Part shown: one piece after another, positions 38,540 to 54,880 of the stretch
Numbering within the stretch: the stretch's first letter is position 1
How the letters are laid out: the number at the start of each line of letters is the position of its first letter
Source of the DNA: Rhodospirillales bacterium
Lineage (GTDB): Bacteria; Pseudomonadota; Alphaproteobacteria; Bin95
Direction of reading: 5' to 3'
Length of the DNA: 64,000 nucleotides
Assembly: GCA_038143065.1 (NCBI GenBank)
Contig: JAYQLI010000035.1
Coordinates: 2,496,894-2,560,893, forward strand
The notes under the pieces: model-generated
Databases searched by the model: none
What the model saw: the letters and a program-made list of their open reading frames with translations, nothing else
What the model was told of the DNA's origin: nothing
Position numbers and translations under genes: made by a program

Positions 38540-40153
38540 TTAGGCTACCGTAAAACCCTTATAATTTTTGTTCAACTACGTCTTCACATATGTCTCGATA
38601 GCGAGCCATGCCCCCAGCATAGGGTAAGAAGACACGAGGTTTTCCTGGAACATTTGCGCCAAGATACCATGAGGATTTTGCCGTAATTAGCAGGGTGGCT
38701 TGAGCGGCTTTTTGAACTTGGGTTTCCCATTCATTAACAGCTGTAGAAGTGGGCTCCATGCAGCTTGCGCCAATTTGGTCAATGTGAGTAATAGCATTGG
38801 CTATCCACTCAGCATGTTGCTCGATTGCAACTGGCATGTTCGTTAATACAGATGGACTTTGTGGCCCAGTAATTGTGAACAAGTTAGGGAAGCCTTCGAC
38901 TTGCAAGCCGAGATAAGTCTTTGGGCCTTCCTGCCAAGCCTCCCCAAGAGAACGACCATCGCGGCCAATAAGATTAAGCCTTGTTAAAGGACCGGTCACT
39001 CCGTCATAACCAGTAGCAAACACAATAATGTCTAGATCGTACTCAGTGCCGTCAGACGTCCGCAGACCACGAGGTGTGATTGCTTCAATGGGTGCTGATT
39101 TAACATCGACAAGAGACACGTTTTCACGATTGTATGTTTCAAAGTAGTGGCTATCGATGATTGGCCGTTTTGTAGAATAATGATGGTCAAAAGCGGTTAG
39201 TATTTCTGCTGTTATCGGGTCTTTTACGGTTTCACGAATTTTTCTTGTTACGAAGTCTGCCATTACCTTATTAGCGGCTTCATCCACCATGATATCATTG
39301 AAGACTGCCCTGAACTGCATTCCCCTACTTGCCATGCTGCCTCTAGCAACCTTTCCTGCTCATCAACAGAAGTTTCAACTGCTCTCCGATTTTCAACGCT
39401 CCAAGGATGACCATTGGTCGTTGCTTTCATATTGCTTGCGATCTCTTCAAAATTTTTGTGGACCGAGCGTTTGAAGTCTTCTGTCAGAGGTGCGTTGCGT
39501 GCAGGGACCGAATAGTTTGGAGTTCGTTGGAACACAGTGAGATGATGCGCTTTTTTAGCAATGACAGGAGTTGCTTGAACCCCAGTTGAGCCAGTGCCAA
39601 TTAAACCGACACGTTTTCCAGAAAAATCTACCCCATCTTGAGGCCATGATCCTGTATGTATCCATTGACCTTTGAAGCTATCAAGGCCCTTAAAGTTTGG
39701 AATATTAGCAGCTGAGAGGCAGCCAACCGCCGTGATTAAAAAACGAGCAGTATATTCGCCGTGATTTTCGGTCTTTATTCTCCAACTACGCGCATCTTCA
39801 TCCCAGGAGGCTCCAGAAACTCTCGTATCAAATTGAATATCTTTCTTTAGATCCAATTGATCCGCGGCAAAATTTAGATACCGCATGATTTCTGGTTGTT
39901 CGGGGTAACGCTCTGACCAATCCCAACTGCAGTAAAGTGACTCAGAAAACGTGTAACAGTAAGCATGGCTTTCCGTATCACAGCGAGCTCCTGGATAACG
40001 GTTCCAGTACCATGTTCCACCCACACCGCTGCCCTGTTCAAGAACTCGAACCTTTAGGCCGAGTTTGTCTCTCAGAAGGTGGAGCTGATACATCCCAGCA
40101 AATCCAGCTCCAATGATAATAGCATCGAATTGGGCCTCAGATGTCTCAGACAT
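38540..40153 (-). CDS. Type I Baeyer-Villiger monooxygenase (cyclohexanone monooxygenase-like), 2 frameshifts
   Basis: [33 protein letters not shown] fingerprint, [32 protein letters not shown]; C-term ..YKGFTVA* in shifted frame. Confidence 0.92.
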
Positions 40154-40303
40154 GTTCCTTGAATTCCTTTATCCTTGCAGGTTGATGTGTAGACACCTCA
40201 ACGTATTTTGATTGAAAAGTTGAGAGTTGAACCAAGCATATTACTAGGAAGAATACCCATATTTTATTCTAAGAAAATAAATTTTCTGTTAATTTCCGTA
40301 TCG

Positions 40304-41718
40304 TTAATCCAACCCTTCATCTAGGTTGCCATTCGGCGGAATTGCCTCCAAGGGCGGGGGAGGGAAGTTCCCAAAAGGCTGCGTCTCTGACATTTGCAAC
40401 ACAGGTGCCAAATGGCGAATAGGACCTGCTGCCGTCTTACTTTCGCATCTGTAATTATCTAATTCTGATGTTGGAAAGTCATAGTTTGGTTCAGAGAATT
40501 TTACATTTCCTTGACGATAAATGAACATCCCCTGATTGACACAGAGAGACGCGGACATGGTAGCTACCACCGTCTCTAGCGCGGCGTGCCAAAGCTAAAA
40601 GAACGCCGTACGCTGCAAGATAGCCGGTGGTGTAATCATTTGGCGGCGGCAGGGAGTAGTTTTGGGCGTTCGGGAGAGCCTTTGGAGCAATACCCGTTAC
40701 TGTTTGGGCCACTTGTTCCCAGCCTGCTCTATGGCTGAAAGGACCGTCGGCGCCGAAACAGCTTATTGACACATAAATTATACCTGGGCGGATCGTTGCC
40801 AGGTCATCTGGTGCAAAACCATGGCTGGCAAGAATGCCGGGGCGGTATCCTTGGGTAAAGATATCGGCATCACTTGCTAACAATTTGAGTTTTTCGGCAT
40901 CTTTGTTGTCTCGCAGATCCAAAAAACAACTGCGTTTCCCATGGCTTGTATCAATCACATGTTCAGCAATTTGGGGCAGATGGGGAGCGGTTACCATGAG
41001 AACATCGGCACCATGTTCAGCAAGTGAACGGGCAGAAATTGGTCCAGCTAGAATTCTTGTTAAATCCAGTGCTCGAATTCCTGATAATGGACGTGGCCCA
41101 TCTGGCAATGGTTCAGGGTCACTATCACCAATTTTTATAATTTCAACGATCGGCTTTCCCGCTAACACTTTGCCATGTTCAGTCGTTAGCCACTCTTCGT
41201 TACTTCGTACCATAGCTCCGCAGGCGCGAATTTCGTCGATTGCTTGTTCAAGTTCGATAGCATCGTGGCGGGAAACAGCGGCTGCAACACTTTGGGATTG
41301 GGCTCCGCGCCGAGCAAGTTGAGAACCCGTTTTTGCAGGTGAGGTAAGCCAAAGTGAGGTAAAAACCACCGTCCATCTTTTGTTGGCCAAGGCTGAGTTA
41401 TTGCGATCATGTCCTCATGGGCCCGATTTACGCAATTTTTCCAGCCACCATTATTGCCGTCGGACGCTGCAAATAATTTGAGCTTCGAAGAGCGGCTGCT
41501 GTGTGACGCATATTGACTTTCACCTTTTGGCGTCTGCCGGTTTTCATCTCCCAAATATCGTTAGCTGCAACACCAATTCCAGCCAGAACGGCGGCAGCCG
41601 TTGTCCCTATACGAAATTTAGTGGAAAGGATTGGTTCGCTTCCTATGATCTCTACTTCCTCAGGCTCTGGAGAAGTGAGGGACCGGATCGACATAACTTC
41701 TTCGAACGGTGTTAGCAT
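40304..41718 (-). CDS. Family III CoA-transferase (CaiB/BaiF, long form), frameshifted
   Basis: PLSGIRALDLTRILAGP, HGKRS, QGYRPG, DYTTGYLAAYG across ORFs 41428-41718, 41186-41554, 40491-41390, 40304-40570. Confidence 0.85.
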
Positions 41719-41814
41719 TTTTAGGATTCCATTTTTGAATAATGAGGGTCCGATATCTGGAGTAGAGTCAACCCGAGATTAATCTTAGCTTAAACCTTTG
41801 CTGGGAGGGTGTTC

Positions 41815-42693
41815 ATGAGGCAAATCAAGATTGGTGACATAACTATTGATGCTGTTATTGAGAGGGATGGCCCTTGGCGCAAACCTGAGGACTTCTTTCC
41901 AGACTTCGATGAAGCAACTTTCCAAGCACATGTTACAAAGATGGAGCCAGAGGTGTTTGACCCCACTACTGGGAAGTTGGTGATGACTTACCAGACCTTT
42001 GTTATCCGAACACCAAATCTCACTATTTTAGTTGATACGTGTGCTGGTGAGCATAAAGGCCATCCGGCACCATTTGATTTTCCTGGCAAAGAACGCTGGC
42101 GGGAAGAATTATTCGCGCTTAAGCGTAAAATTTGAAGATGTAGACTACGTTTTTTGCACTCACTTGCATTGATCATACAGGATGGAATACAACCCTGAAG
42201 GATGGTCGTTGGGTCCTACATTCCTAATGCAAAATACATTTTCCATAAGGGTGAATATGCGATTTGGGAGGCTGAGCATTTAAAAAGGGTGCAAATCCTC
42301 CAGGTACAGTTTTTCGCGATAATTGTTTGCCAATAGTAGAGGCAGGGCAAGTTCCTATTAGTTGACGACGACTACAAACTAGATGATCTGGTAACTCTTA
42401 CCCCCAACTCCAGGTCACTCACCTGCCATTGTTGGCGTTAACCTTCATTCTAAAGGTGAAACAGCGATTATTACTGGGGACATGATGCACCATGCCATTC
42501 AGTGCAGAGAGCCCGATTGGTCGGTCAATCCAGACTGGGATCAAAAGGAGGCAGCTCGCTCTCGTCGAAAATTTTTGTCCGAGGTGGCTGGAACCGATGT
42601 GCTTCTTTTGCCCATACACTTTCCCGCTCCGACAGCGGGTACTGTCACGATGGATGGCCTGATCGTTTCGACTATAAATTTAAGAGGGACTAG
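41815..42693 (+). CDS. MBL-fold metallo-hydrolase (paralog of 17101-17976), several frameshifts
   Basis: YQTFVIRTP..ILVDTC, DYVFCTHLH..H.GWNT.L.DGRW, PTPGH, TGDMMHH, HFP in successive frames. Confidence 0.85.
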
Positions 42694-43157
42694 AGAATTT
42701 CGTATACGTCGTATGCGGGTCCCGATGGATCTCTTCGGCCGACAGCAACTGTGAGAATGCTGTTAAGCCACATGTATTTTTTAGACGCGGTTTCAAACCT
42801 TGGTGATGTGCGAAAATAGTAAAGGTTTGGATCAACATCCTTGCCCTTTAAGAGATCTGCCATCACAGCCTCAGGGCCATGCCGAAAGCCATGATAAATT
42901 GTGTACAGAAGCGCGCCATCATCTGTTTCTAAGGTCATCCGAACGTCAATTTTAGAAACTCCGTCGGTACCTGTGAGCAACCAATCTCCACCCCCGTCGT
43001 GGATATGTCCTTTTAATTTTGGCCCAGAAAAAGTTCCACCTGTAATGCGTGCGACTAAGCGGTCACCATGTGGTGTTCCTCCAACATCTGTGAGAGGAAG
43101 GTGGACATTCAGTGCCAAGCGGCAGAGAAATTCTGTTTTTAGCTGCATGCGGTCCAT
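42690..43157 (-). CDS. DUF3237 family protein
   Basis: GTPHG.R....ITGGTFSGPKLKG, GGDW, DVR.TLETDDGA, YYFRTSPRFET....Y.WLN. Confidence 0.9.
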   Translation of the reverse strand: MDRMQLKTEFLCRLALNVHLPLTDVGGTPHGDRLVARITGGTFSGPKLKGHIHDGGGDWLLTGTDGVSKIDVRMTLETDDGALLYTIYHGFRHGPEAVMADLLKGKDVDPNLYYFRTSPRFETASKKYMWLNSILTVAVGRRDPSGPAYDVYEIL

Positions 43158-43209
43158 TGAAATCTCCGTTTTCTTGGTTGCTCAAAACTGTCACCAATGC
43201 AGAGTTAAC

Positions 43210-44816
43210 TCAGGCCGCGTCTTCAAGCACCATTTCAGCTGCCTTTTCTCCAATCATAATTGATGGAGCATTTGTATTCCCTGAGATCAGTGTTGGCATT
43301 ATTGAGGCATCAGCCACTCTCAGACCGTTCAATCCGCGTACTTGAAGACGTGGATTGAGCACCGCCATGGGATCATCATCACGGCCCATTTTGCAGGTGC
43401 CCACTGGATGATATGTGGTCTCGCCTGCAGCTCTTGCCCAAGCCTCGATTTCGGCATCAGTCTCTGCATTTGAACCAGGTGCGATTTCTTGCAAATCCAA
43501 ATCAGCCATAGCCGGTGCACGCATAATTGAGCGAGCCATCCGTATAGCCACTATGGTAAGCTCCACGTCAGGGGTGGCTGATAGAAAATTGAAGCGGATA
43601 GCTGGAGGCGTTGCTGTGCTAGGGCCTTTGATATGGACGCTGCCTTTGCTTTCCGGACGCATAACGTGGGCGTAGCAAGTAAAAAGCCTGCCTGTTTAGA
43701 GAGTTTGTAGCCAGGCTCGTATAACATGGGAACCCACCCTAGCAGGCAGTCAGGAGCATCTAGGTGAGGTGAAGATTTGACGAAGGCTCGGATTGGCGCA
43801 GCTGGTATTCCCATCATCCCCTTGCGCGTCAGGCCGTAGCGCAGTGCTTGCCATATAAGCCCTATACCACCTGCTTTATCATTATAGGTTACGCCACGCT
43901 TTCCAACCGCCCAACGCGTGCGTGGTGCATAGTGGTCACGTAGGTTTTCACCTACCCCGGCCAATTCATGCTGAACTTTAACCCCTGCGGACATAAGATT
44001 GTCTGGGCGACCAATACCAGAAACTTCTAAAATCTGGGGAGAGTTAAAGCTACCTGCCGATATGATAACTTCACGACCAGCACGAGCTTCCTTTGTTTCT
44101 CCATTTTGGCTGTAGGATACACCAAACTACCCGCTTTCCCTCCAATATTAGACGTTCTGTGAGGGCTGCCGTTTCTATACGAAGATTTTTGCGATTTTTA
44201 GCTGGCTCAAGATAGCAGGCGGCCGTACTCATACGTCTGCCATTTGAAATGGTCGCCTGGCTCATGGAAATTCCATGCTGGTCCAAGCCGTTGTAATCCT
44301 TTGGATTGGGTACCCCAACTTCGGCAGCTGCCCTTATAAGCCGATCGTAAAGTTCCCCTTTTCGTCCGGGTGCGTTACACGTATAGGCCCATCGTTGCCC
44401 TCGAAACTCGTCAGCGCCACCTTCGTAGTTCTCTAGTTTTTAAAAGCGGGTAGGACGTCTGCATAAGACCAGCCCCGGCAGCCCAATTGAGACCATTGAT
44501 CGTAATCGCGCGCTTGTCCTCGCACGAATACAAGTCCATTGATGGACGATGACCCCCCGAGAAGCTTCCCGCGTGGTGCCGGGAGCGCTCTGTTACCCGT
44601 GCCCTCTTCAGGTTCCGAAGAGTAAAGCCAATTAGCGACAGGGTTAGATATTAATTTTGCATAACCAATAGGAATTTGAGACCAAAAATTTTTTGCCGGT
44701 CCTGCCTCAAGTAAAAGCACCTGGTATCGACCGTGTTCTGAGAGTCGGGCTGCCAATGCTGCGCCTGCCGAACCTGCGCCAACGACAATGAAATCAAAAA
44801 TATCTTGGTCGGTCAT
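43210..44816 (-). CDS. GMC oxidoreductase (paralog of 34961-36562), several frameshifts
   Basis: GAGSAG, PRGKLLGGSSSING, GVGENLRDHYAPR, ETTYHPVGTCKMG, GNTNAP in four ORF fragments. Confidence 0.9.
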
Positions 44817-44817
44817 T

Positions 44818-48713
<3,896 letters not shown>

Positions 48714-48831
48714 CGTCTAAACCTGAAAATTACATCGTAGATGCAACAGTACCCTGTTTGAGGGGCTCTTCAACTACCTGTTTGGTTATGCAAGCATGAT
48801 TGACCGTTGATGGTTTGATGGAGCCTGGCTT

Positions 48832-50363
48832 ATGGATGACAGTCGTATCCCCATTTTGGTTGGTGCAGGACAGGTAACTCAACGAGAGCCTGATCCGCTC
48901 AAGTCATTAAAGCCAATTGCTGCTGCAGCGAAGCAGGCGGCAGAGGATGCAGAAGTAGGACAATCACTCCTATCAACATTGGATACCATCGTTTTATTGC
49001 GATCGTTTTCGGATACGAGTTGGCGCTTTAAGTCGCCTTTTGGTGGACCGGTTAACCCTCCCAAGTCTTTAGCCGCTCGGCTAGACGCAAACCAGGCTTC
49101 AAGACTGGGATACACCCATGCGGTGGGAACATGCCTCAATGGTCCATAAATCGACTGTTTGAAATGGTCACAAGAGGAGAGGTTGAAGCAGCTTTAGTCG
49201 CGGGCGGGGAGGCGCTTGCCACACAAAAGGCTGCTCAACGTTTGTCACTTGATCTTGATTGGAATGAGGATGCTGGCGGCAAAGCTGAAGAATGGGGTGT
49301 GGCGAAGCGTGGTGGAGTGGGACGTAGAGGATAGGCACCGGATGGCAGGCGCTATTTATGCATATCCACTATATTTGAGAATGGTATTCGAGGGAATCGT
49401 GGTCGTTCTGTATCTGAGCACCTGAAGGAAATGGGAAAATTGTTTGAGGGGGTTTTCTGCGTTGTTGCTCAAAACCCACTTGCAGATCGTCGTGATCGTT
49501 TTACCGCAACAGAAATAGCAACCCCATCAGCCAAAAATCCCTTCATCGGTTTTCCTTACACCAAGTTGATGAATGCGAACGCATTTATTGATCAATCGGC
49601 GGCAGTGATTTTAACAAGTGTGGCAAAAGCGAAAGAGCTAGGCATTCCTCAAGGCCGGTGGGTTTACCTTCATGGGACAGCAGATGCGTACGATCACTGG
49701 CATATTAGTGACCGAGTTAATTTTTACTCGTCTCCTGCCATGCGCATCGTTTCTGAGGAAACATTTGAGATGGCAGGATTTGGGCAAGAAAAATTAGATT
49801 TTCTTGATCTTTACTCTTGTTTCCCATCTGCAGTGCAAATTGCTTGTGCAGAAATGGGTATTGCAGAGGATGACCCTAGAGGTCTCACTGTAACAGGTGG
49901 ACTTCCTTATTTTGGTGGACCTGGAAACAACTATGTCACGCACTCTATCGCTGAAATGATGGTAAAGGTCCGAAATTCCTCAGGCAGTTTTGGTATGGTA
50001 ACAGCCAACGGCAATTATGTGACAAAGCAATCTGCTGGGATTTACTCTACAACCCCGACAGAGAATAATTTTAACCCCAAGGACCCTCTTATTTATCAAT
50101 CTAAAATTGATGCTGAAAAAGGGCCTGAGACAACGGATAAGCCAGTCGGCAAAGCAACCGTGGAGACTTACACAGTAATGCATAACCGCGAGGGTCCGAG
50201 TTTTGCTATTTTATTTGGTCGTTTGGAGGATGGCCGACGCTTTATTGCGAACACTCCTGATGACCCAGGATTACTTGCGGATTTGGAAAAATCTGATGCC
50301 TTAGATCTTCACGGTCACGTAAACACTAATTCTGATGGAATTGCCATCTTTACTCCAGGATAA
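48832..50363 (+). CDS. Thiolase-like protein (acetyl-CoA acetyltransferase annotation class) with C-terminal extension, frameshifted
   Basis: PILVGAGQ, GNMPQ, LVAGGEA, FPYTKLMNAN..DQSAA, DLYSCFPSAVQ, LTVTGGLPYFGGPGNNY, VETYTV. Confidence 0.85.
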
Positions 50364-50414
50364 TTCCAATCCGTACTGAATTTTTGTCATTTATATCTTT
50401 ATCGGAGCCGTCAA

Positions 50415-51650
50415 ATGGACTTCGCCCATTCGCCTAAAGTCCAAGGGCTGGTTGATCAACTGGAAGCTTTCATAGATCGCGAGATTTTACCGCGTGCTCG
50501 GCCATGGCGTGAGGCAGCTTTGGAAGGTCAATATCCAGAATTTATTGCAGAAGTGCAGAACAAGGCGAAAGATGAAGGCTTATGGAATTTAGCGATCCCA
50601 AACCTTCCTGGTGATGCTCCTGGAGAGCGGTTGACCAACGCAGAATTTGCTCCGCTGGCGGAAATTATGGGCCGTTTCATGGGAGCACCCAAGGCGTTTA
50701 ATTGTCATGCTCCTGATGTTCCCAATATGATCATGCTAGCTGATGCTGTGACATCTTCTCAGCGTAGGCTATGGCTTGACCCGCTCTTGAACGGTGATGC
50801 CCAATCTGCTTTTGCGATGACGGAGCCCTCAGTTGCATCCTCAGACGCAACGAACATCCAAACAACAATCAAACAAGACGGTAATGACTTCATAGTATCT
50901 GGTCGAAAATGGTACATTTCAGGGGCAAAGGCAGCTTCTTTTCACTTGGTTATGGGTATTTCTGATCATGATGCAGCGCCAGACCGCAGACACAGCGTTA
51001 TTATTGTCCCTGCCGACAGCCCAGGAGTTCGTCTTGTTCGTCCAACGCCGTTTTTAGGGTTTTCTGAACCTGGTGCACCGGCTTGGGAAATCGCATTTGA
51101 AGATGTTCGGGTGCCAGTTGAAAATTTATTAGGTGAGAAAGGCGATGGCTTCCTTTTGGGACAGACTCGTCTTGGGCCTGCGCGTGTTCACCACTGCATG
51201 CGTGCTATTGGACACTGCGAAACTTTAATTGAGTTAATGCAGATGCGCGCAAGCGAACGAGCAGCTTTTGGAAAAAATATTTCTGAGTATGACTCAATCC
51301 AACATATGATTGCTCGCAGTCGTATCGAGATTGAGCAGGCACGCTTATTAACTTGGTCTTGCGCTTGGATGCTTGATCAGGAGGGGTTTAAGGCAGCTCG
51401 GCAGCAAGTTTCCATGATTAAAGTTGCTGTAGCGCACGCATATCAAAGCATTGCTGATCGCGCTTTGCAAATTTTTGGTGCAATGGGGGGATCTGATGAT
51501 ACTCCTATCCGCGATGCCTTCTCCTGGGCCAGAGCACTGCGTATATTTGACGGCCCAGACGAAGTTCATCTTAGACAAATATACCGCTTGGAGCCAAAGC
51601 CAAGCAAATCGCTTGCAGCTTCTCCACAAATTTTGAAGCCATCGGCTTAG
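50415..51650 (+). CDS. Acyl-CoA dehydrogenase (ACAD10/11-like)
   Basis: GLWNL, FNCHAPDVPNM, AFAMTEPSVASSDATNI, GRKWYISG, RLGPARVHHCMR, RIFDGPDEVH. Confidence 0.93.
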   Translation: MDFAHSPKVQGLVDQLEAFIDREILPRARPWREAALEGQYPEFIAEVQNKAKDEGLWNLAIPNLPGDAPGERLTNAEFAPLAEIMGRFMGAPKAFNCHAPDVPNMIMLADAVTSSQRRLWLDPLLNGDAQSAFAMTEPSVASSDATNIQTTIKQDGNDFIVSGRKWYISGAKAASFHLVMGISDHDAAPDRRHSVIIVPADSPGVRLVRPTPFLGFSEPGAPAWEIAFEDVRVPVENLLGEKGDGFLLGQTRLGPARVHHCMRAIGHCETLIELMQMRASERAAFGKNISEYDSIQHMIARSRIEIEQARLLTWSCAWMLDQEGFKAARQQVSMIKVAVAHAYQSIADRALQIFGAMGGSDDTPIRDAFSWARALRIFDGPDEVHLRQIYRLEPKPSKSLAASPQILKPSA

Positions 51651-51654
51651 GACG

Positions 51655-52872
51655 ATGCGCGGCTTTCTTTCTGCCTTTTCGGTTAAAAGTTTTCGCTTCC
51701 AATGGCCTGCTGATCTTCTGTCTTCATTCGCTCTGGAGATGGAAGTTTTGATCTTGAATTGGTTTGTATTGATTGAAACGAAATCGGTAACTGCCTTGGC
51801 GTTATTTGCTGGGCTTCAATACTTAGGATCTTTGATTGCTCCAGCGATGGGTGCGTTGGCAGATCGAATTGGACGTCGTCGAACCTTATCGACCCTTCGC
51901 GCGCTCTATACTGTTCTTGCGGTAATAATCATGACGCTAGATCTGTCTGGCCTCATGGAACCAATATTTATTTTCATTATTGCTGCGGTGGCTGGTTTGA
52001 TAAGGCCTTCCGATTTGGTTATGCGCAATGCACTAATCGGGGACACCATGCCTGCCAATAAACTGGCTAATGCCATGGGACTCTCACGTACCACTATGGA
52101 TACGGCCCGAATGACAGGTGCACTCGCGGGAGCTGGGCTATTAACCTCTTTAGGGCTTGGTGTTGCGTATGCCTTTGTGGCTGCAATGTATTTTACAAGC
52201 TTTATTTTAACCCTCCGGGTCGCGCACATCGAGACCGACGACACGCTGTCAACTCGGCCAAAGCCATTTCGTCAGGTAATCGATGGCCTCGCCTATGTGC
52301 GACGAACCCCAGCAGTACTTGCTCTTATGTGGCTCGCCTTTCTAGTGAATCTTACAGGTTTTCCTCTCGTTTCAAATAGTGGTCTACTCTCTTACGTTGC
52401 TCGCGAAGTCTATGGTCTCGACGCCACGGGGCTTTCACATCTTGCTGCAAGTTTTGGAGTTGGTTCGTTGGTTGCGTCCATTGTAATGGCTGCAACTGGA
52501 GGTGCTAGAAAACCAATACATTTGGTTTTTGGAGGTGCAGTTATTTGGCATGTCCTCCTGTTATTATTCGCATTTAGTTCGATAAAGGCAGAGGGTATGG
52601 CGTTGTTGTTCCTTGTGGGCGTAGCGCAGGGTGTAGCGATGATTTCTATGGCTGTCGCCTTACTGCGGCTGGCAGAGGCTAAATTTCGTGGCCGAGTGAT
52701 GGGTGTAAGGATGCTAGCGGTTTACGGATTGCCAATTGGCCTTGCTTTAGTTGGCCCAGCAACAGACTTGCTTGGGTTTCAAGGAGCTGCCCTTGCTGCG
52801 GCAGGGACTGGTTTAGTAACGATCTTTCTTATCGCAATCATCTGGCGAAAAGCTCTCTTTTTTGATTCTTGA
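51655..52872 (+). CDS. MFS transporter
   Basis: GALADRIGRR motif A, ~12 TM, FRGRVMGVRMLAVYGLP. Confidence 0.88.
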   Translation: MRGFLSAFSVKSFRFQWPADLLSSFALEMEVLILNWFVLIETKSVTALALFAGLQYLGSLIAPAMGALADRIGRRRTLSTLRALYTVLAVIIMTLDLSGLMEPIFIFIIAAVAGLIRPSDLVMRNALIGDTMPANKLANAMGLSRTTMDTARMTGALAGAGLLTSLGLGVAYAFVAAMYFTSFILTLRVAHIETDDTLSTRPKPFRQVIDGLAYVRRTPAVLALMWLAFLVNLTGFPLVSNSGLLSYVAREVYGLDATGLSHLAASFGVGSLVASIVMAATGGARKPIHLVFGGAVIWHVLLLLFAFSSIKAEGMALLFLVGVAQGVAMISMAVALLRLAEAKFRGRVMGVRMLAVYGLPIGLALVGPATDLLGFQGAALAAAGTGLVTIFLIAIIWRKALFFDS

Positions 52873-52937
52873 TCTTGCCCAAAATTTGATGTCCCTATAG
52901 GCATACGCAAATTAATTTCACAAAAAGTAAGGCCGTT

Positions 52938-53575
52938 ATGAGAATTACTACTGAACTTCATGAGGGCTACAAAATTTTCGTGCTGGGCGATATAAGCAAG
53001 AAATAGAGCGTTATCTTTCACTAGCTGAAGGTCAGGCACCAAAAACGATGATCATCAGCTGTGCTGATAGTCGTGTTGATCCGGCCACTATCTTTGCCGC
53101 TGGTCCTGGAGAATTATTTGTCGTTCGCAATGTAGCAGCCCTAGTACCCCCATATGATGAAACCGGTGGCTTCCATGGAACATCTGCTGCGGTTCAGTTT
53201 GCGATAGAAAACTTAGGCGTCAAAAACCTTGTTGTAATGGGGCATAGTTTTTGCGGCGGCGTTCAGGCGGCATTGGCGATGGAAGCCGATCAGCCGGTTG
53301 GCCGATTTATTCGTCCTTGGGTTGGTCTTTTGGCTGAAGCTCGCGATGCCATGCTTAATGATCCTAATTCACCCGCAGATGAGAATGGTCGCTTGAATCT
53401 GCTAGAATGTCTTGCAGTAGGCGTTTCAATCCAAAATCTAAGCACATTCCCTTTTGTAAAGGATGCTTTGAATACAGGACAACTCACTATCCACGGGGCA
53501 AGATTTTCAATTGCCGTTGGTGAACTTCAATGGCGCAATCCAGAAACGGGGCATTTTGCACAGGTTCAGGTATAA
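52938..53575 (+). CDS. Beta-class carbonic anhydrase, frameshift near 52975
   Basis: GQAPKTMIISCADSRV, GELFVVRNVA, GHSFCGG; N-term MRITTELHEGY in another frame. Confidence 0.92.
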
Positions 53576-53579
53576 ACTA

Positions 53580-54816
53580 CTACTCGTATGACCTTGCGTC
53601 CTCAATAACCTTTCCGTCCGAAGGTAAAGAACCTGGGGTTAAGAGAGTAACTGGACCTGAAAGGTTGATGAACTTCGATACTGTTGCTTCGATTTTTTCA
53701 GCTAAGTTTGGGTCATGATTTTCTGTTTCGCATGCAACAGTGAACTGATCACGATGGTTTTCTGATATGACAGTTAAGCGAAGCTTAAGGATCTCTGGGT
53801 GAGCTGTGCGGACCTGTTCTAGTTGTGTGGGGCGCACAAACATGCCACGAATTTTTGTGGTCTGATCAGCGCGTCCCATCCATCCTTTGATCCTGGGTGC
53901 CGTTCGGCCGCAAGGGCTTTCCCCGGCATGATTGCTGACAGATCACCAGTCGCAAACCTAGTTAAGGGGTAGTCCTTATTCAGAAGAGTTACTAACACTT
54001 CGCCAACCTCCCCTTCGGTTACTGGTTCGCCAGAACCAGGGCGCACGATCTCAACAATTGCACCTTCATTGATCAGCATCCCCTCCATTGCAGGGCTCTC
54101 GTACGCGATTATGCCTAGATCGGCTGTTCCATAGTTTTGTAGAGGTGTGAAACCGAATTCGTCTGATATCAGTTGTCGAAGTGAGGGTGGTAAAGCACCT
54201 CCTCCTACAATTGCCTTTTTGAGTGAGGAAACATTGGCTCCCATCTCACGAGCGCGTTCCATTAAAATTTTTAAGAAGTCAGGAGTGCCGCAGAACACGT
54301 TTGCTTGAAAATGTGACATTGCTTCTACTTGAAGGTCTGTATTGCCGACCCCTGCGGGAAATACAGCAGCACCTAAAGAACGCGCGGCGCTGTCTAGTAG
54401 CCAGGCACCTGGAGTGAGATGATAGGAGAAACTGTTATGAACTATATCTCCTCTGCGAACTCCAGCTGCATGAAGTGCTCGGGCGCCTCGCCAGAAATCG
54501 TCGCCTTTGCCTTCGGGTTCACAGATTGGTCCTGGAGAACGAAAAACACGTAAGAGATCTCCCACAGGAGTAGCGTTCATTCCCCCGAAGGAGGTTTTTC
54601 AGACTGGGCGGCTACCAAATCACTTTTGTAGGTAACAGGTAATTTCGAGAGTGCTTCACGACTGTCGACAGAAACGGGGTCAATTTCTTTGAAAAGCTCT
54701 GCAAAGTATGGGGTTTGAGCTTTAGCAAAAGCGACGTGGTTGGGTAATGAAGCTAATAATTCTGCCTCTCGACATTCAGCCGACATTGTATCTCTTGAAT
54801 CAAAATATTCAGACAT
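53580..54816 (-). CDS. Phenylacetate-CoA ligase family protein, 2 frameshifts
   Basis: LPVTYKSDL, SPGPI, FSYHLTP, GTPDFL, YGTADLG, RFATGDLS, MGRADQTTKIRGMFV. Confidence 0.88.
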
Positions 54817-54880
54817 CTCAAGATCCCATTTCCATGCAACTATTCGTAGCAAATCACATTTGCGCTAAAAAATAGATACT

